The translations under genes were made by a program, and so were the position numbers. The notes below the pieces were generated by a model. The model was not told the DNA's origin and did no database searches. It worked only from the letters and a program-made list of their open reading frames with translations. Positions 42,238-56,300 of a DNA stretch of 64,000 nt are shown here, one piece after another; position 1 is the stretch's first letter; each line of letters opens with the position of its first letter. This stretch comes from Eledone cirrhosa (Eukaryota), in NCBI GenBank assembly GCA_964016885.1, contig OZ024741.1, positions 328,848,001 through 328,912,000 of the forward strand. Reading direction: 5' to 3'.

Positions 42238-43323
42238 TGATAATAGAAGATGAACTGTTGCTGTAATTCCAAGTGCAAGTTTTGTTTCAGAATGTGACAC
42301 AAATACGTCATTAGGGAACGTGCCTGCAGGATGGCTCACGCACTTACACGCTAATTTCGAACAAATGGAACTGTCGTCGTCGAACTGATGGCGGTCCAAC
42401 AACAACAACTACTACAACTATGACAATAACAACAGCAACAACAACAACAACGACGACAGCAACTACGACAATAACAAGAGGTACTACGACAACAACTATT
42501 ACTATTACCACCCCACTGCTACTGCTACTGCTACTACACATCAGCAGTGGTACAATTATGTTTCCTCCCGTTGTATATTAATGCCTCCGATATGTGACGA
42601 AAGAACTTTGTTTTTCTATCTATATTTTTAACCGCTGGTCACTGAATGATAACATTGATTGACAGATAAATTAACTAGGAGATATAAAAGATACCGAAGC
42701 GAAAACCAACCCAGATCAAACAGTGTGTGTGTTCTGTTATTATTTCTGGCAATATTATAATAATATGACCCTCCCCAAATATAACAATATCTATATATAC
42801 ACACATATATATATTCCAAGTGCAAGATTTTTTTTTTTAAACCGAGATAATATTGCTATTTTGCTGAACTCCTTACTTTCTGACCTCACCACCCATGTCT
42901 CTCCGTGTCTGTTTATTTTCATAATTCCGCACGAGGTGAACTAGCCTGCTTTTAAATTCCCTTTTTGGCATATTTTGGCAGTGGTTTTGGTTATCGCGTT
43001 GAGCTCTACTGAGGAACGACTCCAACCGTGACTAATCCCACTGAAAAGTTTCGTGAAATAGTCTTTAAGACTATATAGAGCATTTGTAGTTTTTCCAAAT
43101 TGAAGGATAAGTATTTAAACTTCATTTTATTCTGAGTTAAGACTCTATTGGTTTTTTCCCTGGATTTCACACAATCTGTGGATAAAATCTCTGTCTTGAT
43201 TTTTTTTAAATTGAGTTTGAATTATTTTCCCATATCTTACGTTAATTATTTTCCATTTTGACGTTATAGTCACTTATATATTATGAAATACTGTTGGCTT
43301 CTTGCTCACATTAATTTCTATAT

Positions 43324-43385
<62 letters not shown>

Positions 43386-45202
43386 ATACTTTGGGAGGGT
43401 CATATTGCCAATAAGAAACACACGCACCAGTTGCTTTCACTCCAATTTATTATAAATTAAATTTATAAATTTATAAATTTCCGGTTGGTTGGTTGGTTGG
43501 TTGGTTCCACAACCGGACGGTTGTTCATATATTGTCAAAGTTCTTTCGTCACACATTATGTGACCTCTTCAGTGACTGGGGATTCTTTTCTTTGTTTTGT
43601 GTTTCTCCTTTGTTCTGTCCTACGCCATCTTGTTTTTGTGTGTGTTGTGTGCTTAGTTTGCGCATGTGTTACATCCGGGTGTCTGTGTGTGTTTTTATAT
43701 ATATACATGCATACATACAAAACATACATACATGTCATATATGTAATGCGTAATGGCATGATGCTTAATGCAAACAATGGAAATTGTGTGACGTTGATGT
43801 AATATGATCTCCATCTTATATATGAGAAACCTAAAGAAATGGTGAGGTGTAAACACTACATAATTTGTAGTCGTTGGCTGGGTGACAAATATAAAAAAAA
43901 ATACCATTTATATCTATGTGAAGGTATAGTTGGTTTCCTACCAGGTTATATTTCAAATGATATTTTGGGGCTGGATATTTCAATAAATCCACTGGTGTTG
44001 TATTTTTTACCGTTCACGACGATGTATTTAGTCCTGCCCTCCAGTGATGCTATATTTCATAGGAGGGTCTTGGGAACTTTAGTGATAGGCCCACAGGAGT
44101 TGTTGTTGATCCATCTTACACCTATGTATTCATAGCTGCCTCCCAGCGAGGCTATATTTCATAGTAATAGGTCTACCGGTGTTGTTGTTAGGACTCACAT
44201 CTATGCATTTATAGTTGGCTTCCTACGAAGTTGCATTTCAGCTTATATCTATGCCCCTCAATGAGGCTATATTTAACAGGAGGCTCCACCGGTGTCATAA
44301 TGATAGAGCCACCAGTGTTGTTGTTCTTAGATCTCATTCCTGCCTATTTTGCAGCTGCTATCCAATTAAGTTGTATTTCACAGGATGTTTCCAAGTGTTT
44401 TGTTTTTATATGATAGGACCATAGGGTCAACAGTGTTGCTGTTACGGCACACACCTATGTATCTTTAGCAGTGAGGTATAATAGTGGATATCACCAACAC
44501 TCACGTCGAGTCACCATTTTTAGCAGAAAGATATGATAGTAATATCGACAACGAGTAATATAATAATTGTTTCTACTTTAGGCACAAGGCCAGAAATTAC
44601 CCAGTACATTACTGGTACTTTATTTTACTTTATTTTAATGATGTCAACAAAAGAAATAAGAGACGAGATGTATGTTTATTTGTTGTAGCACAAAGTAATG
44701 TTTGTTGAATTGGATAGTTAAAGTTAACCATAAAAATGTTATAAAAGGAATGTGGCATTGTGCCAGGCCCAAGGAAGGCCGACAGGCCAAAGTGCAAATC
44801 TCACCGTTACATATTGTTTGTGCTTTGGGAGCAAAGGAAGAAGTGGTCTTTACCTTAGTATGGTCAAGCTGCAAGAGAGAGATTTCTGAATTGACGGGGG
44901 AATTTTTCCCTCGGGCGTGTTGAGATATATTCTCCTACGCTGGCGGCGATTGGCTGAACTGAGCCAAACAACGCACGGAGAATGTATATATGAGCCTCCT
45001 ACGAAGTTCCATGTCATGGGATGTTTCATATGTTAGGAGGTGTGATAGAAGAGTGGAAGGTGTGATGGTTGATGCCAAGATGTATTTGTTGTAAAGGAAC
45101 TTCTACTTGGAAGTCAGCTTGAGACAAAACATGAAAGAAAATGACACAACTGTTCTGACTTTTTTTTTATATTTTTTTATATCGTAATGGTTGATTGTAA
45201 CA

Positions 45203-45349
45203 AGAGTTTTAATATTCATTTATAGTAAGACTAAAAAGGGAGTCTTGTTACTCTGGAGTTTCGCTTGTTTATCACTGTAATAAACAGTCGAAACTCCAGA
45301 GTAACAAGACTCACGTTTTAATCTTAATATAAGTGAATATTAAAACTCT
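45203..45349. repeat. Imperfect 147 bp palindrome containing the 3' half of a hammerhead on each strand
   Basis: Centre 45276; GTC-GAAA-CTCCAGA-GTA-ACAAG...ATATTAAAACT. Confidence 0.8.
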
Positions 45350-45412
45350 ACTTTGGTATTAAATACTCCTTTCTCTCAGCCGTCAACCACAAACGGATAT
45401 ATTCAAATATAC

Positions 45413-45446
<34 letters not shown>

Positions 45447-45579
45447 ATGTATATGTAGATACATATATGTGTGCGTGTGTATATGTAGATATATGTTTAT
45501 ATATATGTGTGTGTGTGTATATATATATGTGTGTGTGTGTATATGTAGATATAGGCTTATATATAAATTATGTGTATTT

Positions 45580-45768
45580 GTGGTGGATTGGCAGTATCGG
45601 TAGAAGGTCGGACGCCATGCTTTGCAGCAAAGAGTTACGACCATTTACGGTCTGAGTTCAAATCCCACCGAGGTTAACTTTGCCTTCATCCTTACGAGGT
45701 CGGTAAAATAAAGTACCAGTAATACACGGGGATCATTGCTGGCCTTGTGCCAAAAATCAAAACAATTA
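45580..45768 (+). mobile_element. tRNA-derived SINE
   Basis: Family motifs. Confidence 0.8.
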
Positions 45769-45959
45769 TATGTGTATTTGTGTTTGAGTGTGTCGGTGTG
45801 TGTGTGTATGATTAATTTTAATTCATTAGTCAATCTAATATTCATGTAATTAATTGCATCTATTTTTCAGCTTTATTTTAAAATATTTAATTACTAATGT
45901 CCATTATAAATATTTCATGTTAAATTTATTAACGTAAAAGTATTAAGTACTATCATGTG

Positions 45960-45997
<38 letters not shown>

Positions 45998-46098
45998 GGG
46001 AGAGAGAGAGAGAAAGAGAGTGATAGATAGATTGATAGATTTCTTTATTGTATATGTGTATATGTATATATATAGATATATATATATACACATATACA

Positions 46099-46146
<48 letters not shown>

Positions 46147-46574
46147 AAGTGTATGTTTTTGTGTGTACGACGTTGTGTACATATTTGTACATATATGTAA
46201 ATAGTTTATGTGTCTACATGCATGTGCATTTGTGTCTGTACCCGTATGTATGTGAATATATTTATGTGTATACATGTGTATACATGTGTATCAGTGTATA
46301 TTAAGGATTTTATAATTATTAATTTAATTCCTTCTACTGTTATTGCGTGTTTGGAATTTATATTAAATTTCTGTGATTTATCGCAGCAAAGGTGTTTTGT
46401 TTACCGTAGATCCGATTGAGATTTTTGTTTTGTAGTGTATATAGTCGACTAATAATTAATATGTTGGTATATCACACACACACATACACACACACACACA
46501 CACACACTCACACACTCACACACTCACAGACCCCACAACCCACACACACGTATATATATATTTATATATATATA

Positions 46575-46976
46575 ATAATTGTTTCTACTTTGAATCCAAT
46601 AATGGTTCCTAGTTTTGGCACAAGGTCATCAATTCACCAGTCTATTACTGGTACTTTATTTTATCGACCCCGTAAGGATGAAAGGCAAAGTTAACCTTGG
46701 CGGGAATTGAACTCAGAATGGCAAGGGCCATAACTCTATGCGTCAAATCATGGCGTCCGACTCTCTACGATACAGCCAATCTAATAATGGTTTCTACTTT
46801 TGGTACAAGGCCAGCTATTATCCCAGCATATTACTGGTACTTTATTTTATCGGCCCCGTAAGGATGAAAGACAAAGGTAACCTCGGCGGGATTTGAACTC
46901 AGACCATAAAGGGCCGTAACGCTTTGCTGCAAAGAATGGCGCCTGACCCTCTACCGATACTGCCAATCCACCGCCC
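46575..46976 (-). mobile_element. Two tandem SINE copies
   Basis: Family motifs, head-to-tail. Confidence 0.8.
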
Positions 46977-47019
46977 TTATATATAATAATAATAATTATA
47001 ATAATAATAATAATAATAA

Positions 47020-50000
47020 TGTTTTCTTTATTAACCACAAGGATTCACATAAAGTAGACATTAAGAACAGTACAGGACAATACAGGACGGTACAAATGGG
47101 CATTTCTGCGTGTAAAAAAACAGAGGTTGAAATAAAATAACAAAGAAAAATTCCCCAATAGGGGGGAGACTTCCGAGGGACATTTGTGGAGAAAGCCCAT
47201 TAAAAGACCACAGTGGCCCTGACCACCAGGGCAAGTGCCCTCTCCCAGTTTTCCACCTTTAATTTACAGACACATACTCAGAGAAGGCCCATTCATTCGG
47301 GCCATACTTGCTTCTCTCACCCATCTTTCAACAAAATGCTGGGAAGAGAGCACTTCCCTCTCTACCCTGATTTTCCTTTTCAAATGAAATTTGAAAAAGT
47401 TAATCAGGGCATCACCGAAGAGGTAAGTGCTCGTCTTCAGACCTTTCAAACGTGTCCACCATACTATCTCTTTCGCCATGGCCACCAGACAGATAAAAAC
47501 TGCCTGCCCTTCCCGGCTAAAGGAAGGGGGCGGGGCAATCCTCACGATGGACTCAGCTGATAGCTGGATCCGTCCTACACGTGACAGCAGGTGTTCGACA
47601 TAAACCCACAAGTCAGCAATGCTCGGACACTGGACGAGTGCGTGCAGGACGGTTTCGTCGCCCTGCGCGCATCTCTGACATGCCCGGCTGACGGCACCTC
47701 CATGCCTGTAGAGTTTATCCCGAACTGGCAAAGCTCCTCGGTAGCACTGCCAGGCCAGGGATTTCTGGAAGTTGTCCATAGGCCCCGGCCCGAAAGTCCT
47801 TCCGAAGAGATTGGCTAGTTGATTTTCGTCGACGCCTAGAGTTTCTCCAAGTATGTCGTCGCTCTTCCCCTCCACTAATCCTCTATAGAACGCCAAGGTG
47901 GAGTTTCCACCGATCACATTGCCCGATTGGTCGAGGGCTGTGAGCGCTAGAAGACATTCCAGTCTCCAAGCGCTCCCTCTCGGTCATCTCTTGACCCAGG
48001 ACTGCAGCTCCGTCAAGGAGACGAGCTGGGAAAAGACGTGTCTAGCAAGCGGCGACAACACCTGATCACTGTCGAGGAAGAGGTGGAGATGTCGTAGCCT
48101 GAGCGCGTGTCTGCGCATCATCAGCCACGGCATGCCCAGCCCTCCACGTAGCGGGTGTTGACAGCAGATGGAACGCCTGACCGTCGGAGCGCGTCCCTTC
48201 CACAAATAGCGAAAGAGCAAACGCTCCAGTGCAGTCTGGCGGGGCTTAGGACTAGGTACGACGGTCAGGCGGTAGTAGATGACGGACGCGATGTACGCGT
48301 TAGCTACCTCCGCTCGACCTTTCAGGGATAGCTTCCTCTCGGCCCATTTCTGGGTGAGAGAAACCACCCTGCTCGTCACCTCGTTCCAGATTTTGTCCAC
48401 CTGGAGGTCCGGACCGAAACAGACCCCTAGTAATTTAACCGGTCCGTCCGTCCAGCGCCCGACGACGCTGTTGGAAGGCATGGACCTTCCTCTCCAGGTG
48501 CCGAGATGCAGGCCCACTGACTTTTCCTGGTTGATCATTGCTCCTGTCACCGCTTCGTATTCTCTTAGTGTAGTGCCGATCGCCTCGTCTAATTTTTTAA
48601 CTAATTCTCACTCTACTCTATTTTTCTCTATTGCTAAAGACTTACTAAACCTAATGGACTCTATTCTAATCGCTCTTTTCAGAGAAAACCACCACTTGTT
48701 GTTGACGATGGCTCCCGTCAACGGCCGCTTAACTAGTTCGCGAATCCGGTCTCTGTAGGTTTTTTCGCGCTGGTAAGTACGCGTTTAGCTTCCAGTAGCC
48801 GGGTCCTCGTCTATGAAGCCTATCTAAGTCAAGCACACAGATCACGAATTTGTTGTCCGTGTAGCTGACTATCTTGAATTGTGGGCAGTCTATGCTAGAC
48901 CTATCTATTTCCCTACAAAATACTCTATGTAGATATGATGTGAAGATCCCGTCCCAATCGCCCACTAACATTAAAGAGCGGGACGTTCCAAGACAGGTCT
49001 CCAGACGCCGGAAGAAATCAGGCCGCCCTGCTCCTGTCGGGGCATAGACGGCCACTAGCCTGAACGCTTGCCCGTCTCCGCTGGTCACGTCCAGCACCAT
49101 CAACTTACGTTCTGGGTCCAGGAAGTTGACCCGTATTGCGTGATCCAAACCTCTCGGAAAAAGCACAGCAACTCCTACCCCCGATCCAGGACGTCTGGGG
49201 GATGCGTACACATCGTTGCCGACGAAGATCGGTGCGAAGGCCTGTGCTTCGGAGATTCTGTTCTCGCTGATGGCCACTACATCTATGTTTAGTGACTTGA
49301 GGTCGTTGAGCAGGTGGCCCTGCTTCCATGACGACCCCAAGCCACGCGCATTCATGCTGTCTATTCTGAGTTAGGTCATGTTGAAATAGAGTGGAAAAGA
49401 TGGCAAAAACCACTTACCTTACTTCTCGTAGAGGAAGAATGGCCTCCTCCGGAAGGATGTCCTTATAAATCCTCCTGGAGAGTGCTTGTCGGATATCTCC
49501 GATGTCTGTGGGGGAATTTTTGTTTTAGTGTCATGTACGTTTTCTGTGTGATGCGAGTGATTTGTATGTGTGGAGGTGTTGTCAACTTTTCGGGTGTTGT
49601 GTATTCTTTTTCTGTGATGCTGGTGTTGTGTTGGATGTAGAGTAATAATTGGTTGTTGTTCAAATTTAATGCTGTGTAGTGTATATCGTTTTGGTTGTTT
49701 TGTTTTGTTTACGTTTGTTGTGGGTTTGTTTCTGTTTCGCTTTTTGGTGACTTTTGTGGTGTTGGTGATGGTGGTGTTGGGGTTAATGATGGTGATGGTG
49801 TTGGTGTTTGTGGTGATGGGGTTGGTGATGCTGGTGTGGATGGTGGCATAGCTGTCCTAACTTTTTTGTTTGATACTTTATTTGTTTCCCTCTGTATTTT
49901 GTTTGTGGATGGGGAAGGAAGAGGATTTTTTCTACTTTGGCTTTTTTTCTTATTTCTTTTTTTCTTTTTTTTCTTTTTTTCTTTTTTTCTTTTTTTCTTT

Positions 50001-50766
50001 TTTTCTTTTTTTTCTTTTTTTCTTTTTTTCTTTTTTTCTTTTTTTCTTTTTTTCTTTTTTTCTTTTTTTCTTTTTTTCTTTTTTCCTGATACCGTTTCCC
50101 ACTCCTCGTCGTCACAATCTGTCTCCAGTTGTGATAGGTCGGGTAGTGGAAAATCTTCCACAGGCGTTGGTTTTGGTTGTGGCGTGGTGGATGGTGTAGG
50201 CGCTGGTGCTAGTTCTGGCGCGTTGGGTGGTGGTGGTGGTGTTGGTTTTGCTACTGTTGCTGAGGTTGTTGCTGTTACAGTTGCTTCTGTTGTTGCTGCT
50301 ACAGTTGTTGTTGGAATTTCTGCTGCTGGTGGTGTTAATGGTTGTGTCACTGGTGTGGGTAAGAGAGGTGGCCTCAACTTTTTAGCCTGAGGGCAGAAAT
50401 CCCTAAGGTGGGTTCCTTCACTACAAACGACACACCTAGGCCTTCTACCCTCGACGATTACGATGAGGTGGCTGCCGTCAGTGAGGTCTACTACCTCTGG
50501 GATCTCCTCAATGCTTTTTTGGTCCGATTTGATCAGGAGCTCCATCCCAGATCCGGACCAGTTCTCCTGCTTTTCTTTTACTATTTGGATTATCTTGGTG
50601 TTGGCCTCGATGCCGGCGAGGACGGCAGCCATTAGCCAGGGAATTTCGATGGCCGGTGGAACGTGGGTCATTCTGATATTCACGAGTCTCTGGCCACAAT
50701 AGCTTGGGACGAGTGTGAAGTCTTCGCTTCTTAATGGGGCCATGGAGTGCTCTCTGGCCTCATGTG

Positions 50767-50768
<2 letters not shown>
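47020..50768 (-). mobile_element. Tx1-type L1 LINE: ORF1 (CCHC knuckle) and ORF2 (APE endonuclease, RT mostly deleted, zf-RVT)
   Basis: ORF1 49709-50743 with CVVCSEGTHLRDFC. ORF2 MNARGL..VYAP..LVGD..GPGYWKLN; LDEAI is joined to YEAVTGAMINQEKS. Confidence 0.9.
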
Positions 50769-50831
<63 letters not shown>

Positions 50832-50840
50832 ATTATTATT

Positions 50841-52033
50841 GTTCTTTGAGTCTCAGTCTGTTATTTAACTGGAAAGTTTGTTGAAATGAATATAAAGCCA
50901 CTACCTGCAGCCTCAGATATTCAGGACGTGTCGGAGGGTTCTTGCTGTTCCCAGCAAGCATGCTTTTTGAAGTGTTCCAAAAAGCGGGGCGGGACCAGTT
51001 TTCTTTAACCATCCTTGGAAACTCTTTGAGATAGTACCTAGTGCGCCTATGACAATCGGGACCACTTTGACCTCATTGCAGTGCCAAATCCTTTTTACCT
51101 CCCATTTTAAGTCCTGGTATCGGTTAATTTTCTTCCTCTCCTTCTCTTGCACTCTCGTGTCGAATGGACAGGCTACATCCACAATCAGGCACGATCTTTT
51201 TCCCTTGCCCCAAACCACCAGGTCAGGTCTATTGTGTTCCAGTTTCTTGTTCGTCTGTATCCTAAAATCCCACAGCACCTTCACCTGATCGTTTTCTATC
51301 ACCGACTCTGGCTTATGCTCATACCACTTCTCAGAATGTGGTAAATTGTTTACTTTGCATAGGTGCCAGTGGGTCACCCTGTCCATCACATCATGTCTCC
51401 AGCCTTTATAGTGAGTCTGGGCTAGGTCTTTACACTCGGTACAATGTGAGCCACAGTCTCCTCTCTCTTTCCACAGATCCTACACAGTGGGCTAGCCTCC
51501 TTCTTGTAAATATGGGGTTTCAGCCACTTCGTTTTGAGGGCCTGCTCTTGCGCAGCCATTAGCATTCCTTCTGTAGCCTGTTTAAGGTCTCCTCTTTTCA
51601 ACCAGTTCCCTGTCTGTGGATCTCTGAATTCAGTTTTCTCAAAGAAGTTACTATGAAGGGATTTTTCATGGAGGTTGCTCGTTCTCCTTGTTGTTTTTTC
51701 CTCCTTGGGCATCCCCTGGTCTATTGTCCTCTCCTTCAGTACAATTCTGAGCATTGGCTCCCTACTATCAGTCACGTATCTGTGTAGGTTGTTTTTCTCC
51801 ATCTGAACACAGTCCTCTATGCTAATAAGACCTCTTCCACCATCAGATCTCCTTAAGTAGAGTCTATCGACATCACTCCTCTTGTGGAACATGGTGTAGA
51901 TAGTCAATAGCTTCCTAGTCTTCCTATCCATTTCGTTTTGTTCAGCAACATTCCATCTCAGATTTCCCGCACTGTGCCTAATAATAGACACAGCTCGGTA
52001 ATTTACTGCACTTATGGCACGCCTACTGTTCAG
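50841..52033 (-). mobile_element. R4/Dong-clade LINE copy 1, 5'-truncated
   Basis: CRICG..ETVAHI knuckle, WDFRIQT..RPDLVV..DVACP restriction-like endonuclease; flanked by (TTA)n. Confidence 0.9.
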
Positions 52034-52087
<54 letters not shown>

Positions 52088-52095
52088 GTTGTTAT

Positions 52096-53312
52096 TCCTT
52101 GAATCTCAGTCATTGATGTTGGTTAACTGGAAAGTCCGTTGGATTGAATATCAAGCCACTACCTGCAGCCTCAGATATTCAGGACGTATCGGAGGGTTCT
52201 TGCTGTTCCAAGCAAGCATGCCTTTTGAAGCGTTCCAAAAAGCGTGAAGGGGCCGATTTTCTTTAACCATCCCTGGAAACTTTTGGAGATAGTCCCCAGT
52301 GCGCCTATGACAATCGGGATCACTTTGACTTCATGGCAGTTCCAGATCCTTTTCACCTCCCACTTTAGGTCCTGGTATCGGTTAATTTTCTCCCTCTCCT
52401 TCTCTTGCACTCTCGTGTCGAACGGGCAGGCCACATCCACAATCAGACACGATCTTTTTTCTTTGTCCACAACCACCAGGTCAGGTCTATTGTGTTCCAG
52501 TTTTTTGTCCGTCTGTATCCTAAAATCCCGCAGCACCTTCACCTGATTGTTCTCCATCACCGCCTCTGGCCTATGCTCATACCATTTCTCAGAATGTGGT
52601 AAATTGTTTACTTTGCACAGGTGCCAGTGGTCACCCTGCCCATCATATCGTGTCACCAGCCCTTATAGTGGGTCTGGGCTAGGTGTTTACACTCGGACAC
52701 AATGTGAGCCACAGTCTCCTCTCTCTCTCCACAGATCCTGCACAGTGGGCTAGCCTCCTCCTTGTAGATATGGTGCTTCAACCACTTCGTTTTGAGGGCC
52801 TGCTCCTGCGCAGCCATTAGCATTCCTTCTGTAGCCTTTTTGAGGTCTCCTCTTCTCAACCAGTTCCATGTCTGTGGATCTCTAAATTCAGTTTTCTCAA
52901 AGAAGGTACTATGAAGGGATTTTCCCTTAAGGCTGCTCTTCCTCCTTGATGTTGTTTCCTCCTTGGACATCCCCTGGCCTACTGTCCCCTCCTTCAGTAC
53001 AGTTCTGAGCATTGGCTCCTTACTATAGGTCACGTATTTGTATAGGTTGTTTTTCTCCATCTGAACACAGTCCTCTATGCTGATAAGACCTCTTCCACCC
53101 TCAGATCTCCTTAGGTAGAGTCTATCGACATCACTCCTCTTGTGGAACATGTTGTAGATAGTCAATAGCTTCCTAGTCTTCCTATCCATTTCTTTTTGTT
53201 CAGCAACATTCCATCTCAGAATTCCCGCACTGTACCTAATAATAGACACAGCTCGGGAATTTACTGCGCTTATAGCATTTCTGCTGTTCAGATGTGACTT
53301 CAATACGCTCCT
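52096..53312 (-). mobile_element. R4/Dong-clade LINE copy 2, 5'-truncated
   Basis: As copy 1; flanked by (TTA)n. Confidence 0.9.
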
Positions 53313-53326
53313 TAATAATAATAATA

Positions 53327-53398
<72 letters not shown>

Positions 53399-53399
<1 letters not shown>

Positions 53400-56300
53400 C
53401 TTGAATCTCAGTCATTGTTGTTGGTTAACTGGAGAGACCGTTGGAATGAATATCAAGCCACTACCTGCAGCCTCAGATATTCAGGACGTATCGGAGGGTT
53501 CTTGCTGTTCCCAGCAAGCATGCCTTTTGAAGCGTTCCAAAAAGCGTGAAGGGGCCGATTTTCTTTAACCATCCCTGGAAACTTTTGGAGATAGTCCCCA
53601 GTGCGCCTTTGACAATCGGGATCACTTTGACTTCATGGCAGTTCCAAATCGTTGTTACCTCCCTTTTAAGTCTTGGTATCGGTTAATTTTCTCCCTCTCC
53701 TTCTCTTGCACTCTCGTGTCGAATGGGCAGGCCACATCCACAATCAGACACGCTCTTTTTTCTTTGTCCACAACCACCAGGTCAGGTCTATTGTGTTCCA
53801 GTTTCTTGTCCGTCTGTATCCTAAAATCCCACAGCACCTTCACCTGATCGTTCTCCATCACCGCTTCTGGCCTATGCTCATACCATTTCTCAGAATGTGG
53901 TAAATTGTTTACTTTGCACAGGTGCCAGTGGATCACCCTGACCATCACATCATGTCTCCAGCTCTTATAGTGAGTCTGGGCTAGGTGTTTACACTCGGAT
54001 ACAATGTGAGCCACAGTCTCCTCCCTCTCTCCACAAATCCTGCACAGTGGGCTAGCCTCCTCCTTGTAGATATGGTGTTTCAACCACTTCGTTTTGAGGG
54101 CCTGCTCCTGCGCATCCATTAACATTCCTTCTGTAGCCTTATTGAGGTCTCCTCTTCTCAACCAGTTCCATGTCTGTGGATCTCTAAATTCAGTTTTCTC
54201 AAAGAAGGTACTATGAAGGGATTTTCCCTGAAGGCTGCTCTTTCTCCTTGATGTTATTTCCTCCTTGGACATCCCCTGGCCTACTGTCCCCTCCTTCAGT
54301 ACAGTTCTGAGCATTGGCTCCTTACTATCAGTCACGTATTTGTATAGGTTGTTTTTCTCCATCTGAACACAGTCATCTATCCTGATAAGACCTCTTCCAC
54401 CCTCAGATCTCCTTAGGTAGAGTCTATCGACATCACTCCTCTTGTGGAACATGTTGTAGATAGTCAATAGCTTCCTAGTCTTCCTATCCATTTCTTTTTG
54501 TTCAGCAACATTCCATCTCAGAATTCCCGCACTGTACCTAATAATAGACACAGCTCGGGAATTTACTGCACTTATGGTGCAGATGTGACTTCAATACGCT
54601 CCTTACTCTCCGAATGTATTCAGTTCTTAACAATTCCTTCATTTTTTAGTTTGTTATGCCATCAGCCTCCAGAACGCCCAAATACTTGTATCCTTCCTCA
54701 GAGTCAATTTCCTTTATCATCTCACCTGTTGGTATCTGGATTCCGTTACTTCTGCTCATCCTACCCTTCCCCATCACAATGACTCCACACTTACTAATAC
54801 CAAACTGCATACATATATCACTGCTGAAAATGCGGACAGTGTCAACAAGCACATCCAACTCCTTCTCACTCTTCCCGAAGAGCTTAAGATCGTCCATGAA
54901 GAGGAGGTGATTGGTGGTAAGCTCTCCCTTTCCCAACTTGTATCCTGCTCTCACTTTTCGCAGCATAATGGTCAAGGGCATCAGGGCAAGGACAAACAAC
55001 AGAGGGGACAGGCTATCTCCCTGGAAGATACCTCTCTTGATCTTCACGCTTCCCAAGGATTCTCCAGTTGATGTCAACTCTGTCTCCCAGGACCCCATAC
55101 TCCTGCCCAGCAACTGTCTGATGTTATCTGCCACCTTGAAGATCTCCAGGCTTTTGGTGATCCAAGAGTGAGGCACCATGTCAAATGCCTTTCTGTAGTC
55201 TATCCATCCCATGGCAAGATCAGTGTGTCTCCTCCTGCAATTCCCCATTACCATCTTATCAATAAGTAACTGGTCCTTTGTACCACGTGACTTCTTTCGG
55301 CATCCTTTCTGTTCGTCCGGTAACAAGTTGTTTGGGTGGAGGTGATGGTAGATTTCCTCAGACACAATGCTCGTCAACAGTTTCCACATTACGGACAGAC
55401 ATGTGATAGGTCTATAGTTGGTAACATCATTAACCTTGATTCGGTCTTTCATTATCAGAACTGTGGTACCTTTTGTCAACCACTCTGGCACCTCACCCGA
55501 CAGCAAGCAGTCATTGAACATGGCCGTCAGTTTCGGGTGTAGGGATGTTAAATTTTTAATCCAATACCCCTGCACACCATCTGGGCCTGGTGATTTCCAG
55601 TTGGTTAGTTTTTTTGCCTGCCCCTTAACAGTTTCAACTGTGATACTCAAATCAGTTTGTTGGAGTGCCTGCTCACCGATCTCCCTCTGTACTGTCTCAA
55701 TCCACCCTGCCTGGTCATTATGTCTAACATCCTGCTCCCATATTCCTCTCCAGAATGTTTTAGTTTGTTCCGCCTCAGGGATCAAGTCGTTGCCTCTTTC
55801 TTTCCCCTCAAGCTGTCCAAACAGCATCTTCTGGTTGTTGTCGAACATGCGGTTCTGTTTATACTGACTGACTCTGTTCTCGTATCGCCTGATCTTTGCA
55901 CTATTTGCTACAATGCGTTGCTTCAGTTCCTCTATGATAATATTTAGCTTTTTCCTCCTAGTTTTGTACTTTATTTCCAGTCTATTTTTAGTGCCTATGT
56001 TTTTTAGTATCCCATTCTGTAGTGACTCAAGCTTTCCTATGTCATTTCTCATTTCCTTGATTTGACCACTCAGTCGTTTCTTCCACCAAGGTTCTGCTCT
56101 TTCTTGTCTGTTGTTTCCTCTCGCTTTTATACCAAGTAGTTTCCTCACCGTATTTGCTGTTGCTTTGAGGATATTGTTGCACTGGTGAAGGCTCCTTGCC
56201 TCAAGGTATGGGATGACTTTGTTTACCTTAGCTGTTGTTTCTTTTAACTTTTTCCTGTCTACAAATCTTAGGTTCATAGGTCTCCCACTATCATTGTTCA

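Noticed and set aside
43008-43060. CTGAGGA...GAAA hammerhead candidate
   Set aside because: Stems I and II do not pair.
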